Positions 15,645 to 24,656 of a DNA stretch of 52,911 nt are shown here, piece after piece (positions within the stretch are counted from its first letter, which is position 1; each line of letters starts with the position of its first letter). The notes below the pieces were generated by a model, which was given only the letters and a program-made list of their open reading frames with translations, was not told where the DNA came from and made no database searches. A program made the position numbers and the translations under genes. This DNA comes from a virus. Taxonomy: Duplodnaviria; Caudoviricetes. Location of the stretch: positions 1 through 52,911 of IMG/VR virus record IMGVR_UViG_3300032242_000759; one strand, written 5' to 3'.

Positions 15645-16433
15645 TTAAACTCCAAAGTTGTTTTTCAATTTCCAAAAGCGAAGCAAAGCTTGGAACATAT
15701 CCCAGCCCTTCACCAGTTCGTCCTCAGGCCACTCGACGACCTTTACAAGGCCGGGGTGAGTGCGAGAAACAAACACGTTTGCACAGCGTGCATAAGGTAC
15801 GTTGAGGCCATTGCGGTATGCCGCCAATTGCATCAAGTGTTCATCGTAGGCATCGATCTTGTCGTCTGGGCCAAAGTCTTTTGACTTTGCATCGAGCACG
15901 ATGCCAACAGGTGCGTGCTCATCGGCCACGCAGTACAAGTCAACCTTGCCACCAAAACCCATTGGGCTGGCAAACGAACGCTCTGCAAGCCAAGGCTGGA
16001 AGGGATGGGTTTTAAAGTGATTGAAGATGGACTCCTCAAACGCTTTTGCCATCTCTTCGTGTTCCACTGAGCGCACGCCTGCCATCCATGCCTCGATGGA
16101 TTCGTGGATGCGCGTACCCATTTCAGCGGCTTGCTTACCTGTCTCTTTCGAGTCGGCCACAATGCGTGCGATGTAGGCTTTCTCTGGCTCGTCCGGCAAT
16201 TTAGGAAGGGTCATGGCCGCAAGAAGCATTTGCTCCAGCTTCCACTGCTCTAAACCGGGCTTGGCGGCGATTTTCATGATGGTGGTGACCGAAGGTACCA
16301 AGTCCATCTTTCGTGCGTCCCTGAGGGTCGTGGGGCGGTCTGAGCCGTCCTTTGCCTTCACGGTGTACTGCGGGCCGCCGTCCTGTTTGTACCAGTGAAC
16401 AGACTCTGCTGATCTGGCAATAATTGTTGTCAT
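15645..16433 (-). CDS. PD-(D/E)xK exonuclease (phage recombination nuclease)
   Basis: PSVTTI, GT.IH..IE, E.SF, GGKVDL, LDAKSK and QLAAY motifs. Confidence 0.85.
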   Translation of the reverse strand: MTTIIARSAESVHWYKQDGGPQYTVKAKDGSDRPTTLRDARKMDLVPSVTTIMKIAAKPGLEQWKLEQMLLAAMTLPKLPDEPEKAYIARIVADSKETGKQAAEMGTRIHESIEAWMAGVRSVEHEEMAKAFEESIFNHFKTHPFQPWLAERSFASPMGFGGKVDLYCVADEHAPVGIVLDAKSKDFGPDDKIDAYDEHLMQLAAYRNGLNVPYARCANVFVSRTHPGLVKVVEWPEDELVKGWDMFQALLRFWKLKNNFGV

Positions 16434-16442
16434 CACATCTCC

Positions 16443-16793
16443 TTAGTAAGTAAAACCGTTGTCGTCTTCAAATCTGCTGCGCCTTGGCTTGGTCAATGTC
16501 CGGTACTCGAACATGCCAGCCATCTCAGGAAAGCGCAGGTCAAACAACCGGGGCAAGTAGGGCCTGTGGTTGTTGTTGATCTTCCACATGCCCCCAACCT
16601 CTTCCACCGCCGAGTGGTGTCTCAAAAACTCGACGATGGTGTAGCTGGAGTAATGTGTACGTCCACGAGCACGAATTTTCAAGGCCTCCGATACGAAGGC
16701 ATTCCAAACGTGCGCGTTCTGTGGGAGCCACTCAATGAAGTCATCGCTGAATTGGCCCGGGTTCTCAGCGATGAGTTGCAGTAAGCGTTCCAT
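16443..16793 (-). CDS. Conserved-type phage hypothetical protein
   Basis: HYS..TIVEFLRHH and KINNN..PY..RLF...FE.R; within the leftward operon. Confidence 0.7.
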   Translation of the reverse strand: MERLLQLIAENPGQFSDDFIEWLPQNAHVWNAFVSEALKIRARGRTHYSSYTIVEFLRHHSAVEEVGGMWKINNNHRPYLPRLFDLRFPEMAGMFEYRTLTKPRRSRFEDDNGFTY

Positions 16794-16795
16794 GA

Positions 16796-17458
16796 TTAAA
16801 ACGGGATGTCATCATCCTCAGAAAAGTCAACGGCTGGCTTGGGCGCGTTTGCAGAAGCCGCTTCATTTTTTGCGTACTCTTTGTTTTGAAACTTTTGCCA
16901 CTCAGGCGAAGACTGAATTTTCTTCTTGAGGTTTTCGCTAAACGTATTGAACATTTCCATGTCCGGATCAGCGATGTTGAACAACTCGTTCTTGTTGATG
17001 GCCGCAGGCATGCCGTTTTGCTTGATCATTGCAGGCACTGGAGTCACACCGTTGACGTTGGTGTAGGTCTTGCCATCTTGGCCGGGGCGCTCGATGACGT
17101 TCAGCATGCACCATGCACCCAGCACGTTCTTCAGGTCAAACCGACGCATCTCTTCCTGCGTGAAAGGACGGCCACGCCACGACTGAAGATCAAGTCGCAA
17201 GTTGGCTTTCTCAGACCATGAGAGTGTGTAGTTTTTGAAGATGGCAAACGGGCGACCGTCCATCATCTTGATGGGTGTACCATCATCGTTCATGCCGTGG
17301 ATTTCCCAGCCCAGCATCACTTTGTTCAAGTACTTGACCTGACCCATATACTCCGACTTCTGGGTGCCTACGCCTACGATTCGGTAACACCGGGCGAGGT
17401 GCATACCAGAGGGGCAACGCTCAAAATTGCCTCCTGTATCTTCCACAATAAAACTCAT
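16796..17458 (-). CDS. Single-stranded DNA-binding protein-like
   Basis: G.H.ARCY.IV.VGTQ start, YTLS.SEKANLR..L.SWRG core and acidic DDDIPF tail; AAGGA SD before the ATG at 17458. Confidence 0.75.
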   Translation of the reverse strand: MSFIVEDTGGNFERCPSGMHLARCYRIVGVGTQKSEYMGQVKYLNKVMLGWEIHGMNDDGTPIKMMDGRPFAIFKNYTLSWSEKANLRLDLQSWRGRPFTQEEMRRFDLKNVLGAWCMLNVIERPGQDGKTYTNVNGVTPVPAMIKQNGMPAAINKNELFNIADPDMEMFNTFSENLKKKIQSSPEWQKFQNKEYAKNEAASANAPKPAVDFSEDDDIPF

Positions 17459-17517
17459 GATCTTTCCTTTATAAAACGTCCCGCAGGACAGAAATCCGGT
17501 CAAGTGACCGTAGAAAG

Positions 17518-17550
17518 ACTATAACACAGAATTAGATATTGTGTTAGACT
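17518..17550. promoter_or_regulatory. Divergent promoter region with overlapping operator sites
   Basis: Minus strand TCTAATTCTGTGTTATA (17520-17536) with TGn-TATAGT; plus strand TGTGTTAGACT (TGn-TAGACT at 17542-17550); lies between divergent genes. Confidence 0.65.
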
Positions 17551-17573
17551 CTGTACCGGAAAGGAGAAAAAAG

Positions 17574-17774
17574 ATGAACCTAAAACAATACTTCAGCGAA
17601 GAACCGTATGGTGCTAAGAAGGAGATGGCAGAGTACTTGGGCATTACGCCAACATGGTTGGGATTGCTAATTCGCAAGGCTCGTCGTCCATCCCCTGAAC
17701 TGGCAAAAAAGATCGAGAAGGCTACTTCAAGTCTCGTGACAGCAAAAGAACTGCGCCCTGATATTTTCAATTGA
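17574..17774 (+). CDS. Cro/YdaS-like HTH transcriptional regulator
   Basis: EMAEYLGIT..WL HTH, PSPELAKKIEKAT..VT.KELRPDIF; AAGGAG SD. Confidence 0.85.
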   Translation: MNLKQYFSEEPYGAKKEMAEYLGITPTWLGLLIRKARRPSPELAKKIEKATSSLVTAKELRPDIFN

Positions 17775-17805
17775 CCCGATGTTGGGTTTTTAACCGGAGA
17801 TGTGA

Positions 17806-18600
17806 ATGAAAAAAGTGAACTTGAATGACATAAGGATCGATGGCGGCACCCAAGGCCGCGCTGTAATCGATCAACCCACCGTCTACCACTATATCGACTG
17901 CATGAAGGAGGGCGACACTTTCCCTCCTTTAGAGACAGTGTTTGACGGCGTTACGCACTGGCTGGTGGATGGCTTCCACCGTTATCACGCATACAAAATC
18001 ATCGGCATCAAGCAGGTCGATGTGAACTACAAGCCGGGCACTCAAGCCGAGGCGCAGGTCATCTCGTTTGGTGTCAACGGCAAGCACGGCAAGCCACGCA
18101 CCAAAGAAGACAAGCACCGCATTGTTGAGGCCGCTTTGGTTCACGAGTTGACCAAAGACAAAACCGACTACGAGATTGCCAAAATCTGTGAAGTGTCCAA
18201 GTCCTTTGTGGCTTCGGTTCGCAACCCAGAGAAAAAGCAAAAACAAGCCGATGCCAAGAAGAAGCACATCGTCAAAAAAGCTCAGGAGATCGTTGAGGAG
18301 CAAGCCCAAAATGATAGTCAGACTACCAATTCCGAGCCTAACTCAAACGATGGAATTGGCCCAGATGAAGACGAATTGAAGGCCAACGAACTGGCTTTGC
18401 AGGCTGACCAAGATGCCATGTACAAGCTATTGGAGTCCGACGAGCCGCTCAAGGTCGCACACGAAGAAATAACACGCCTGAACCACCTGAATGCTCAACT
18501 AGAAGTCCGTTTGCATGGACTGATGAACGAGCGCAATGAGGCCGTGAAGATGGTCAAAAAACTTCAGAAAGAACTTGACAAGTCAAAGGCCAAAAAATGA
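17806..18600 (+). CDS. ParB/Srx-domain protein with HTH and coiled coil
   Basis: TQ.R, FPPL and LVDGFHRY.A (ParB GxxR box); EIAKICEVSKSFVASVR HTH. Confidence 0.85.
   Translation: MKKVNLNDIRIDGGTQGRAVIDQPTVYHYIDCMKEGDTFPPLETVFDGVTHWLVDGFHRYHAYKIIGIKQVDVNYKPGTQAEAQVISFGVNGKHGKPRTKEDKHRIVEAALVHELTKDKTDYEIAKICEVSKSFVASVRNPEKKQKQADAKKKHIVKKAQEIVEEQAQNDSQTTNSEPNSNDGIGPDEDELKANELALQADQDAMYKLLESDEPLKVAHEEITRLNHLNAQLEVRLHGLMNERNEAVKMVKKLQKELDKSKAKK
18312..18328. promoter_or_regulatory. parS-like palindrome, copy 1 (inside the ParB-like gene)
   Basis: TGATAGTC-A-GACTACCA, one mismatch to the consensus TRGTAGTC-W-GACTACYA. Confidence 0.55.
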
Positions 18601-18776
18601 AAGACGTAACCATTCAAGAGGTTGTGACTTTTATCAAGCAAACCCGTGAAGAGGCCATCGCATTAGCTTACGACATGGGTGGTGGTGAAGTTCATGCCTT
18701 GCACTTCATGATGACCAACCTAATGCCTTCTGCCAAACCTATTGGCTACCTTGTTCTTCCACTTTCGAAAGATTAA
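18597..18776 (+). CDS. Hypothetical protein, 59 aa (not in the ORF track)
   Basis: ATGA-coupled ORF MKDVTIQEVV...LSKD filling the gap before the helicase. Confidence 0.6.
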   Translation: MKDVTIQEVVTFIKQTREEAIALAYDMGGGEVHALHFMMTNLMPSAKPIGYLVLPLSKD

Positions 18777-18778
18777 AA

Positions 18779-20314
18779 ATGACCAAAGACCTAGCGCCAA
18801 GTGAGCGTGATGATGGATCAAAGTTCCCCTCCCCCCGGCCTTTCCAAATCGATGCACATCAGTTGCTCAGACAAGGATTCAAGGAGGGACACAAAAACCA
18901 AATGATCATGGCCCCCACCGGGGCTGGCAAGACTTACCTTGGCCTGCGTATCTGCCACGAGGCGATGCAAAAGGGCAAGCGTGCCGTGTTCTTGTGTGAC
19001 CGCACCACTTTGATCAACCAGACCTCTGAGGTCGCTGATAGGTACGGTTTGCATGAGCACGGCATCATCCAAGCCCAGCACTGGCGGCGCAGGCCTGATG
19101 AATTGCTTCAGATTGCCAGCGTTCAAACAATTGCCAAGCGTGAGTTTTGGCCGCAGTTGGACGTTCTAGTGGTCGATGAGGCCCACACCACGTACAAAGC
19201 TTGGACTGAGTTTGCCAAGACCACTGGGGCTGCTGTGATTGGTTTGTCGGCCACGCCGTTCACTGTGGGACTGGGCAAGATATTTACGAACCTTGTGAAT
19301 GCCACCACGATGTACGACTTGACTAAGTCTGGTGTGCTGGTGCCCATGCGAATCTTCTCCTGCCAAAAGCCAGACATGACGGGCGCGGAAACGTCCGGCG
19401 GTGAATGGACTGACAAAGCTGCTGAAGAGCGAGAGTTGAAGATCGTGGGCGACGTTGTGACTGACTGGATGAAGTTTGGCGATAACCGCAAGACCATCGT
19501 GTTTGGCGCAACGATCAAGCACTGCGAAGAGTTGGCAAAGCAATTCATCAATCAAGGCGTGATGGCCGCTGTGTTCACTTCTGAGACCACGGCCACCGAG
19601 CGCGAGAACTTGCTCAAGGAGTATCGCAAGCCCAACAGCCACTTGAAGATTTTGATCAGCGTGGAGGCCTTGGCAAAGGGCTTTGACGTACCTGACGTTG
19701 GATGCATCTGCGATGCCCGGCCACTGCGTAAGTCACTGAGCACCGCGATCCAGATGTGGGGGCGTGGCCTGCGCTCGTCACCCGACACCGGAAAGAAGGA
19801 TTGCCACCTGCTGGACTTCAGCGGCAACATCATTCGGTTCTTTGAGGACTTCAACGACATCTACTTCAATGGCTTGGAGAAGCTGGACGACGGCGACAAG
19901 TTGGATAAAGCCATTCGAACCAAGGAGGAGTTTGAAGCCAAGGGTTGCCCCCGCTGCGGTTACAGCCCGTTCCACAAGCGGTGCATGGCCTGCGGCTTCG
20001 AGAAGGTCAGCACGCAGATCAGCGAGGCTATGCCCGGCCACATGAAGGAAATCTTTATTGGTGAAGGCAAGAACAAAAAGAAGCTGGCCGACAACGCAGA
20101 ACACTTGTGGCATCAGGTGGTGGCCTACGCCAAGTTTCACAGCCAACCTGAGAAGCAGTCAGCGCGTGCATGGCATCTGTTCAAGCAGATCACCGGGCAA
20201 GAGACACAGTGGCAATTCTCGAAAGCACCATCGGTCGAGATCACCAAGAATGTGTACAACAAAATCCAGCAATTGAACATTGCGTTTAAGCGCGGTGTAG
20301 GAGCACGTAAATGA
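18779..20314 (+). CDS. Superfamily 2 DEAH helicase (SSL2/ResIII-like) with Zn finger
   Basis: APTGAGKT, DEAH, GLSATP, KGFDVPD, QMWGRGLR and CPRC..CMAC motifs. Confidence 0.93.
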   Translation: MTKDLAPSERDDGSKFPSPRPFQIDAHQLLRQGFKEGHKNQMIMAPTGAGKTYLGLRICHEAMQKGKRAVFLCDRTTLINQTSEVADRYGLHEHGIIQAQHWRRRPDELLQIASVQTIAKREFWPQLDVLVVDEAHTTYKAWTEFAKTTGAAVIGLSATPFTVGLGKIFTNLVNATTMYDLTKSGVLVPMRIFSCQKPDMTGAETSGGEWTDKAAEERELKIVGDVVTDWMKFGDNRKTIVFGATIKHCEELAKQFINQGVMAAVFTSETTATERENLLKEYRKPNSHLKILISVEALAKGFDVPDVGCICDARPLRKSLSTAIQMWGRGLRSSPDTGKKDCHLLDFSGNIIRFFEDFNDIYFNGLEKLDDGDKLDKAIRTKEEFEAKGCPRCGYSPFHKRCMACGFEKVSTQISEAMPGHMKEIFIGEGKNKKKLADNAEHLWHQVVAYAKFHSQPEKQSARAWHLFKQITGQETQWQFSKAPSVEITKNVYNKIQQLNIAFKRGVGARK

Positions 20315-20451
20315 AGACATATCCAAGCAAAGAGTTGTGCCTGCGTATGGCTGAGTACCACTGCGAGACCACCAAAAACGAAAAGTTGATGTGGACTTGG
20401 CTGATCACATGGGCTTTCCATGAGATGTACATTGAAGGGTGGGTCGAATGA
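20311..20451 (+). CDS. Hypothetical protein, 46 aa (not in the ORF track)
   Basis: AGGAG SD; ATGA overlaps at both ends. Confidence 0.6.
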   Translation: MKTYPSKELCLRMAEYHCETTKNEKLMWTWLITWAFHEMYIEGWVE

Positions 20452-20651
20452 ACTTCAATTTTGAAGAGTGGATTGCCGAGAAGGTGAATCGAGGCGAAGA
20501 GGCGACTATCAGTTTGGGCCTGCTTGAAAAATTGATGTACGAGCCTGCGATTAAGCACTGGATTGGAAGCACAGCCAAGAAGTTGGGTTGCAAAGTCACT
20601 ATTCATTTGCCCAGTGGTGTCGTAACCTTTTACCCAGTGAGTGCATCATGA
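20448..20651 (+). CDS. Hypothetical protein
   Basis: ATGA-coupled on both sides. Confidence 0.65.
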   Translation: MNFNFEEWIAEKVNRGEEATISLGLLEKLMYEPAIKHWIGSTAKKLGCKVTIHLPSGVVTFYPVSAS

Positions 20652-21526
20652 GTTTTGTTGACTTTGCACGAGCCCATGGCGTGGACATTGATCACTCAAA
20701 TTTGTATGCCTCAGACAAGATCAGACGTACTGGCACATTGGAAAAGCCCAGATCAGGCAACGGTGCCTATTTCTGGGACGGCCAGCGCGGCTGGGTTATG
20801 GATTGGTCAGGAGAGGCTAGAGTCGTTTGGTACGAAGACCCGCATGCCAAGCCTTGGTCTGACGAAGAAAAGCGTGCGTGGGCCTCAAAAAGGGCCTTTG
20901 CGGCCACGGATCAGGAGCGCAAGTACGATCAGGCGGCTTTGCAGGCTGACATTGTCCTGCGGTCGGCCAAGATGGATCAGCATGCCTACCTTGAGATGAA
21001 GGGCTTCAAGACCACCCGTGGGCTGGTGCTGGACGACAAGCTGCTGATCCCCATGCGGAACGTGGTCACCAACAAATTGCAAGGCTACCAGTCAATCCGC
21101 TGGAACATGGATGAGCGCAAGTACGAAAAGAAAATGCTGCACGGCATGAGAGCCAAAAATGCTGTGTTGTTTTTAGGCACTAGGGATTTACCCGAATGCT
21201 GGCTGGTCGAGGGTTTTGCCACGGGTTTGAGCCTGCGTGCGGCACTTAGGAGCGTGGGATTGCCTGCGTCGGTGGTGGTGTGCTTCTCTGCATCGAATCT
21301 GGTTCAGGTGGCCGACCAGATACCCGGCAAGCGGTTTATCTTCGCTGACAACGACGAGAGCAAGACTGGCGAGAAGTCAGCCATGCAGGCTGGATTGCCA
21401 TGGACGATGGCTGACACTGTTGGATGGGATGCCAATGACCTGCACATGCGTGAAAGCTTGTTCGCTGTTGTTGCCAAAATCATGGACTTGCGAAAGCGAG
21501 AAAATATTTATTTCGAAGGGACTTGA
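20648..21526 (+). CDS. TOPRIM-domain DNA primase (P4 alpha / TraC-like)
   Basis: H.YL..KG, LLIPM, VEGFATG, FSASNL, FADND and DAND motifs. Confidence 0.88.
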   Translation: MSFVDFARAHGVDIDHSNLYASDKIRRTGTLEKPRSGNGAYFWDGQRGWVMDWSGEARVVWYEDPHAKPWSDEEKRAWASKRAFAATDQERKYDQAALQADIVLRSAKMDQHAYLEMKGFKTTRGLVLDDKLLIPMRNVVTNKLQGYQSIRWNMDERKYEKKMLHGMRAKNAVLFLGTRDLPECWLVEGFATGLSLRAALRSVGLPASVVVCFSASNLVQVADQIPGKRFIFADNDESKTGEKSAMQAGLPWTMADTVGWDANDLHMRESLFAVVAKIMDLRKRENIYFEGT

Positions 21527-21553
21527 CACGGGTTGTTGAAATCCGTTTAAAAT
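21523..21553 (+). promoter_or_regulatory. Sigma70-like promoter upstream of the C4-like RNA
   Basis: TTGACA-19 nt-TAAAAT, with an imperfect dyad ACGGGTT/AATCCGT in the spacer. Confidence 0.55.
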
Positions 21554-21586
21554 CCACACAAATGCAAGCCGTGGAAAGCATGCATG

Positions 21587-21679
21587 AAAGCCGTTAAGTC
21601 AAACTCCGACCCCGACTGGGGTGCCGTTCCTTCAAAAGAGGGATGGGTTTCCACCGGGGTTTGTCTTAACGGCTTTTTT
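21587..21679 (+). ncRNA. C4-like (P1 C4 / P4 CI type) antisense RNA
   Basis: Closing stem AAAGCCGTTAAG/CTTAACGGCTTT plus CAAACTCCG/CGGGGTTTG, two inner hairpins, and an unpaired TTTCCAC complementary to upstream GTGGAAA (21571-21577); followed by a T tract. Confidence 0.7.
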
Positions 21680-21926
21680 GTTTTTCACGACCTTGCCGCC
21701 CAACTGGACGCGCACTGGCGGTAGCGGTTGGGGGATATTCCTACTACGGGAAAGATGCTGAGACAGGAAGAGGGGTGGCGAAGTGAGTGCCCCTGCATCG
21801 AACGACTGACGGGTCAGAAACTCCGACGGGTATCTGTGAAGGCTCATCCTCTTCTGGGAGGGCTGAGTCTGTCCACCTCTGGGTATCAAGGGTTCAAGAG
21901 TAAGGTGAAGTAAGGTATCAATAAGG

Positions 21927-21950
21927 GGCCGGGCCGGGCCCATTTTTTTT
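21927..21950 (+). terminator. Possible intrinsic terminator
   Basis: GGGCC-GGGCCG-GGCCC followed by A and T8. Confidence 0.5.
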
Positions 21951-21959
21951 GTTTGCGAC

Positions 21960-21978
21960 TCTAATTACGTGTTAGACT
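21960..21978 (+). promoter_or_regulatory. Operator palindrome overlapping an extended -10 element
   Basis: TCTAATTACGTGTTAGA, with TGn-TAGACT. Confidence 0.65.
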
Positions 21979-22005
21979 TGATGTGCATTTACACACGGAG
22001 AAATC

Positions 22006-22635
22006 ATGGACAAACTTGAAGAAATGCACTACTTCGCCACCCCGGTATACGTAGTGGACAAAGCAGATTTTTTAGAGCCAGTTCGCACTGTTTCTAACCG
22101 ATACATTGAAGCGGCCAAGCAGCACAAAAACAAAGACGATTACGTGGTGCTCATGACTGGCAGCTTCTCGCATGAGCCAGAGTTAAAAGACTTCTCCGAG
22201 TACATCAGCCAGACCGTTTGGAACATCCTGTCTTCTCAGGGTTACAACATGGACAACTTGGTGACGTACTTCACCGAGATGTGGACGCAAGAGCACAATT
22301 ACTTGTCTTCGATGGACACCCATGTACATGGATCAGGTTCGCAGATGACTGTATTCTTTTTCATTGATGTACCTGAGAAAGGCTGCAAGTTGGTGGTTCA
22401 TGATCCACGGCCCGGCAAAGTCATCATCAATCTGCCGCAAAAAAGCGATGATGAAATCACGATGGGATCACATCAGATTGTGTTCACTCCAAGGCCCGGC
22501 ACGTTAATCTTCATGAACGCATGGGTACCGCACTCGTTCACCAAAAACTTCAGCAATGAGACCATGCGGTTTGTGCACATGAACTTGTCGGTGGCGGTTG
22601 CACCCGAAGAAGAAAAGTCGGTGGAGGTGATATGA
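22006..22635 (+). CDS. 2OG-Fe(II) oxygenase (TIGR02466-like)
   Basis: F.TPVY start, HVH, DPRP, P..GTLIFM.AWVPH and R...MN motifs. Confidence 0.85.
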   Translation: MDKLEEMHYFATPVYVVDKADFLEPVRTVSNRYIEAAKQHKNKDDYVVLMTGSFSHEPELKDFSEYISQTVWNILSSQGYNMDNLVTYFTEMWTQEHNYLSSMDTHVHGSGSQMTVFFFIDVPEKGCKLVVHDPRPGKVIINLPQKSDDEITMGSHQIVFTPRPGTLIFMNAWVPHSFTKNFSNETMRFVHMNLSVAVAPEEEKSVEVI

Positions 22636-22859
22636 AATTTCGCATCAGGTTCAACAAGAGCGCAGGCCAGCCCGGCAGAGGAACTGTTGATCACAGATGG
22701 CGCGTGTTTGATGAGACTGGCAAGGAATACATCTGCAAAAACGTGCGAATCCAAGCCGTTGCATGGACAGCAATGGATGCCAACGGTGTGGATTGGAACT
22801 TTGAAGCCGAGGGCAAAATGATCAAAGAGAAATCGACATCGACTATTGTCATAGTCTAA
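22632..22859 (+). CDS. Hypothetical protein
   Basis: GGAGG SD and ATGA coupling; IRFNKS.GQPGRGTVDH.WRVF. Confidence 0.7.
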   Translation: MKFRIRFNKSAGQPGRGTVDHRWRVFDETGKEYICKNVRIQAVAWTAMDANGVDWNFEAEGKMIKEKSTSTIVIV

Positions 22860-22873
22860 TTTTGTGTTAGACT
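22855..22873 (+). promoter_or_regulatory. Operator palindrome overlapping an extended -10 element
   Basis: TCTAATTTTGTGTTAGA, with TGn-TAGACT. Confidence 0.65.
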
Positions 22874-22910
22874 CTTTTTACCACGACGATGTGGGCTAAC
22901 AGGAGAGTCA

Positions 22911-23327
22911 ATGACACACTATTCGCATTTCGATGTATTGATGGCAAGTCCAACGGAGCCCTTGCCATTAAAAAAACGCCAGCACCAAATGAGCATGATG
23001 CGTGCTGCTTTGGCCCGTCTGCATAACTCAACAAGTCCCTCTCGACATGACTGGATGGCCGTCGCTACTGCGGTGGACATGATGGAGACCTTGCTCGACA
23101 TGGGATTGGTGCAAGACCCCGATAAGGCCTTGGAAGATGCCATGATTGCTTTGATGCAAAACAACGTCAACGACATTGAGTTCAAGATATTCAATGGCAT
23201 CTTTGAAGATTATGAATACGTAATGGAAAACCTGTCTGCACGCACCATGATTGCCGTGCATCGCGCAACAGAAAAACGCATTCAAGGAAATTTAAACAAG
23301 GGCCAAAAAAGAAGGGTGGCCGCATGA
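22911..23327 (+). CDS. Hypothetical protein
   Basis: AGGAG SD; helical 138-aa ORF. Confidence 0.75.
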   Translation: MTHYSHFDVLMASPTEPLPLKKRQHQMSMMRAALARLHNSTSPSRHDWMAVATAVDMMETLLDMGLVQDPDKALEDAMIALMQNNVNDIEFKIFNGIFEDYEYVMENLSARTMIAVHRATEKRIQGNLNKGQKRRVAA

Positions 23328-23602
23328 CCGAAGAAGAACTTGAGAAAGCCATTGTGATCCATGCACGCAGGCGCAAGACGTTCGTTGAAGAAGGTTTGTG
23401 CGAAGAACAGGCATGGGACTTGGCCGAACAAATGTTTGAGCGTGACCGCGATGGTCTCGACGATCGTCATGTGTGCTTTGAATGTAGTAATTACATCGCC
23501 AAGATGTGCACCGCGATCACTGACAAATATGACCGTCCAACGATGCAATTGAGGTTCGTTCTTCAGCGTTGCCCAAAGTTCATCCTCAAGGGGAAAAAAT
23601 AA
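23324..23602 (+). CDS. Hypothetical Cys-containing (possible Zn-binding) protein
   Basis: DDR.VCFEC..C..LQRCPKF; ATGA coupling. Confidence 0.7.
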   Translation: MTEEELEKAIVIHARRRKTFVEEGLCEEQAWDLAEQMFERDRDGLDDRHVCFECSNYIAKMCTAITDKYDRPTMQLRFVLQRCPKFILKGKK

Positions 23603-23832
23603 TGTGGATGCTCGGACAAAAAGATGGCAAGCCATGGTGGCACAAGCGCGACAACAGAGACAACTGGGTTCCAGTGACTGAAGAAGAAGCCGCTTCAGAA
23701 AAAAAATATTGGAATGACAAATTTGATGAAATTTGTGCAAAAGTTTTTAGCGAAGCATTTAACAGGCCACTCACCGACGAAGAGCGCCACCAGATTGACG
23801 CATCAAATCAACATCAGGAGCGAGACGAATGA
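23602..23832 (+). CDS. Hypothetical protein
   Basis: TAATG-coupled start MWMLGQKDG. Confidence 0.6.
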   Translation: MWMLGQKDGKPWWHKRDNRDNWVPVTEEEAASEKKYWNDKFDEICAKVFSEAFNRPLTDEERHQIDASNQHQERDE

Positions 23833-24278
23833 GAACACTTGGAATTGACCCCGGCGCAACAGGCGCAATTGTTTTGCTGGAAGACGGCCAGCCCATCGAA
23901 TGGACGGCCATGCCCGTGCTCAAGGTTGGATCGGCCACCAGAGTCAATGCGGCAGCACTGACCGACTTTATTGCATCGAGTTGCTGTGAGCATGTGTACG
24001 TCGAGCAAGTGGGCGCGATGCCCGGCCAAGGCGTGACCAGCATGTTCAATTTCGGCCATAGCTGCGGCACCGTGATGGGTGTGCTGGGTGCGATGGGCCT
24101 GCCACACACCATGGTGACACCGCAGTCATGGAAGAAAGCCGCAGGCTTGATTGGCACCGACAAAGATGCCGCACGGGCGCGTGCAATCCAACTATGGCCC
24201 AAGTGGCGCGAGTTGGACAAAAAAGGTAAGGGTCAGGCTCTTGCTGATGCCGCATTGATTGCGAAGCATGGATCATGA
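23829..24278 (+). CDS. ruvC: RuvC-like Holliday junction resolvase
   Basis: LGIDPG..GA, VEQV..MPGQGV.SMF.FG, VTPQ.WKK and ADAALIA motifs. Confidence 0.88.
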   Translation: MRTLGIDPGATGAIVLLEDGQPIEWTAMPVLKVGSATRVNAAALTDFIASSCCEHVYVEQVGAMPGQGVTSMFNFGHSCGTVMGVLGAMGLPHTMVTPQSWKKAAGLIGTDKDAARARAIQLWPKWRELDKKGKGQALADAALIAKHGS

Positions 24279-24314
24279 GCGGCTGGCGTAAACGACAAAT
24301 ACAGGAGAAACAAA

Positions 24315-24656
24315 ATGAATCAGAAGGACATCAACGACGCAGTGGATTACCTGTATATCCACGGGCGCAAATTTGCAGAAGCCAAAGCACACCGGACGTA
24401 CCTCGAAGAGTTCCGAAAAAGCCAAAAGTCAATCCTGATGAAGGCCGCACTGGCTGATGGCCGCGCAAAGTCATCTGCCGCCGCTGAAATGGAGGCCTAC
24501 GCAGACCCGACCTACATTGAACTGCTCAAGGGCATAGAAGGGGCCGTGGAGGCCGAAGAGACGTTTCGCTGGGGGTTGGTATCAGCACAGGCCAGAATCG
24601 ATGTCTGGCGGTCGCAGGAGGCCAGCAATCGCACCATGGATAAGGCGGCGGCATGA
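24315..24656 (+). CDS. Conserved helical phage protein
   Basis: AGGAG SD; YLEEFRKS..AYAD..Y..IDVWRS.EASNR. Confidence 0.75.
   Translation: MNQKDINDAVDYLYIHGRKFAEAKAHRTYLEEFRKSQKSILMKAALADGRAKSSAAAEMEAYADPTYIELLKGIEGAVEAEETFRWGLVSAQARIDVWRSQEASNRTMDKAAA

Noticed and set aside
15645-16433. Cas4 / CRISPR-associated nuclease
   Set aside because: Lacks the four-Cys Fe-S pattern and any CRISPR context; sits with an SSB as a recombination exonuclease.
21587-21679. Cloverleaf as a tRNA
   Set aside because: No TTCRA T-loop, D-loop or CCA geometry; the closing stem is far too long.
24275-24457. ORF MSGWRKRQI... as a gene
   Set aside because: Mostly overlaps the better supported 24315-24656 gene, which has its own AGGAG SD. 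Translation cannot be excluded.
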